NCBI GenBank assembly: GCA_030704615.1 | Contig: CM060733.1 | Span: 25,606,001 to 25,670,000, forward strand | Reading direction: 5' to 3' | Length of the DNA stretch: 64,000 nucleotides | From: Takakia lepidozioides | Taxonomy: Eukaryota > Plantae > Bryophyta | Shown here: piece by piece, positions 61,488 through 64,000 of the stretch | Numbering within the stretch: position 1 is the stretch's first letter | Layout: each line of letters begins with the position of its first letter | Made by a program: the position numbers and the translations under genes | The notes under the pieces: generated by a model | The model's input: the letters and a program-made list of their open reading frames with translations, nothing else | Told to the model about the DNA's origin: nothing | Databases searched by the model: none

Positions 61488-64000
61488 AATGAAATGCTTG
61501 TCATCTAATTGAATGTATTGAACTCTGTCAACTGCGAGTCAGGTTGGACTCCAACAGTGGCAGCAAAGGCGCACGAAATCTCTTTTTGGAGAGGAATTCT
61601 CAACAGTAGGTTTGGAACATAATTGGACCTTGCGAAGGTTGAAACTGTAGAACAAGTTCAGAAACTGTCCTAGTTGATGAACAGAGATGCAGTGACTAGG
61701 TCTTGGTCTTCAAGAGGGTCACTCTCTGATGAAATACCCAGAACTGCATATCAGAAAATAGAAACTTTCTTCAGGCCTCTTGCACATAGGGCATTGACAA
61801 TGTCCCTTTCCTCTTGGCATCTGATTATTGTTCAAAGTGAGATTCCACAACAAGTTTTATCGAGGGCAAACAATTTTTTTAATTAATTTATTAGATTTTA
61901 TTCTATTTTTAAATAAATAAACTTGATATAATATAAAAACATACATATACATATTTGAGGGTATTTTTTAATTATTGAAAAGGGAAATATACATACAGAA
62001 GGGGGTATTTTTTTTAAATTACAAATTTCTATATATTTACAGGAGGGGGTTTTATAATCTTCAAAATGTATGTACAGAGGGGGTATAAATGATCCAAGGA
62101 CCCGTATACAGGGGTTTTTTTTATTAGGCGGCGAACGCACGTGATACGGACATTTTATAAAGAGTGCACCCCCTAGGCCTTCCCGCAATTTCTGGAACAC
62201 ATTTTTGAGGTGCTCTAGGTGCTCTTCCTTCGTTTTCAAGTACACCAAGATGTCGTCAATGTACACGATCACAAAGTCGTCCAACCAGTCCTGGAAAAGG
62301 TTGTTCATTAGCGTGCTAAAGGTCGCGGGTGCGTTGGTGAGCCCAAAAGGCATCACCAAGAACTCATACGAACCATATTTTGTCCTGCACGCGGTTTTCT
62401 CCTCATTTCCTTCCGCCACTCAGATTTGATGGTAGCCCGAGCGCAAATCGATCTGGCTGAAATACTTCGCTCCTGCCAACCGATCGAAGAGGTCGTCGAT
62501 CCTTGGCAAAGGGTACCGGTTCTTGATAGTCACCTTATTCAGAGTCCTGTAATCGACATACATCCACAACGTCCCATCCTTCTTGTCTGCGAATAGCACC
62601 GGGGCTCCGTAAGGTGACTTACTCGGCCGGATGTACCCCTTTGACATTAGATCCTTGAGCTGAGTCTTCAGCTCGACCAACTCTCTGTGGCTCAACCAGT
62701 AGGGCGCCTTGGCAGGCGGCTCCGATCCCGATATCACCTCAATCTTGTGGTCAACTCCTCTTCGCGGTGGCAAGCTGCTTGGTAAATCCTTCGGCATCAC
62801 ATCCTGGTATTTCTCCAAAATCCCCTTGATCCAATCTGGGCTCGGCTCCCTATCGCCTTCTCCCTTCACTTGTCTTACGTAAAGCAAAAATTGGGGCTCG
62901 TGTGGCTCCTCCACGGCCCACTCCTTTGTTGTCAGCAGGTTTATTCGCCCTCCCACTGGGTTGGGTATTTCCGACACTTGTAAAACTTCGCCACCATTCT
63001 CACACGGCAACGTGACTACTCTCTTGCGGCCATCTATGACCGCTCCTGATTTGCTCAAAAAGGTCATCCCCAAAATGAGATCCACTCCATCGATTTCGCA
63101 AATGGTAAAGTTCTCACGTCCCTCCCAACTCCCCAGCTGAAGAGGAACATCGAACGCCAACCTCGTCGCCCGTTGTGGTTCTCCTTTGGCCGAACGCATT
63201 TCAATGAAGGCCCCCACATCACTTGTCGGGAGCCCCAGCTCCCGTGCCGTTGCCGGTGTCATGAAGGAATGTGACGCTCCTATGTCCACCAACAACGACA
63301 CGTTAGTTCCGGCGATTATCCCACTAACGAACATTAACTGACTCTCTTTACGCAAGGCGCCAGTTTCCTGATACAACTCATAAGAGTAGTTGCCTACATT
63401 GCAAGTTTTGGCGACTACCGTCTCCACCAAGCGGCTGATGGAATCTTTGGACAGCTCCGTGGCCGCCCGAGTCATGTTCGAATGTCGGGGTTTCGTGCAC
63501 CTCTTTGCCATGTGCCCGGGTTCCCCACAATTAAAGCACACTCCATTGAATGTCGCTTTCTGTCCGCCATAAGCCGCCGCACTTGATTTTTCTTTCGGAG
63601 CACCGAGTGCCGCCTTGACGTGTGAAGGCCCTCCCTTCGATTTCCACGTGCCATTGTCGCCGCGTGGCCTATCCCACTTCTTTTCCGGTCGGAAGGAGTC
63701 ACCCTCCCGCCGGGTCTTTTTGTGGTTCAGCTCCGTACGGCCTTGTTTTTCGCCCCTAGGGACATCCGAGAAACATTCAGCCCTTTCAATTGCCTCGTTC
63801 AAAGTCTTAGGTGGCTTCTCCTCCAACTTCCGCCTAGCCCATGGGGCCAGTCCCGCCACAAAGTTGAAGACCAATTCTGGTTCCGCCATATCCGCGACTT
63901 CGAGCAACAGCACATTGAAAGCCTGAACATATCCCCGAATGTCATCCGTTTGCTTCAAATTCCTCATCTTGTCCCGGGCGAGCCAGGACACGTTGAGTGG

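Larger units (their letters stand above)
57214..62177. mobile_element. Pack-type non-autonomous TIR DNA transposon carrying gene fragments
   Basis: 8-bp TSD CCTTCCCG at 57206-57213 and 62178-62185; ~43-bp imperfect TIRs CCT(G/A)GGGGGTGCACTC...CACGTGCGT; subterminal TACAG(G)AGGGGG repeats; no transposase. Confidence 0.88.
53749..64000 (-). mobile_element. Ty3/gypsy (chromovirus-like) element, 5' part runs off the window; RT split by the 57214-62177 insertion; integrase C-terminus deleted
   Basis: gag/PR/RT at 62186-63991 ([18 protein letters not shown]), RT/RH at 56509-57213, integrase at 55423-56502, PPT at 55389-55400. QKLRE|GKLYAK rejoins across the insertion. Confidence 0.9.

Overview
This is non-seed land-plant nuclear DNA (probably bryophyte, lycophyte or fern; inferred from the WIP zinc-finger genes, a PLS-class PPR-DYW gene and the TE lineages), and it is almost entirely transposon-derived. 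The left part holds a tandem cluster of WIP C2H2 zinc-finger paralogues (two near-complete but frameshifted, one relic), interrupted by a half-tRNA-primed Ty1/copia element (3924-9204) and an intact single-ORF chromovirus Ty3/gypsy element (13572-19621). A complete TTAA-flanked piggyBac-like element follows (20675-24815). The standout is a 12.1-kb Ty3/gypsy-type retroelement (25020-37139, minus strand). It has a DNMT3-like C5-cytosine methyltransferase between protease and RT, a PHD finger at the integrase C-terminus and a self-priming (tRNA-independent) PBS. Its LTRs are circularly permuted into a split-direct-repeat layout (A1-ORFs-B1-GC-A2-B2) with a 4-bp TSD, as if a 2-LTR circle had been integrated through an internal GACA-GC-TGTC palindrome. 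The right part contains an L1-type LINE, a decayed gypsy with a dUTPase-like segment, hAT transposase relics, and a chromovirus split by a ~5-kb Pack-type TIR element carrying a PPR-DYW pseudogene, itself hit by a hAT MITE. All coordinates were read by eye; no database searches were run.
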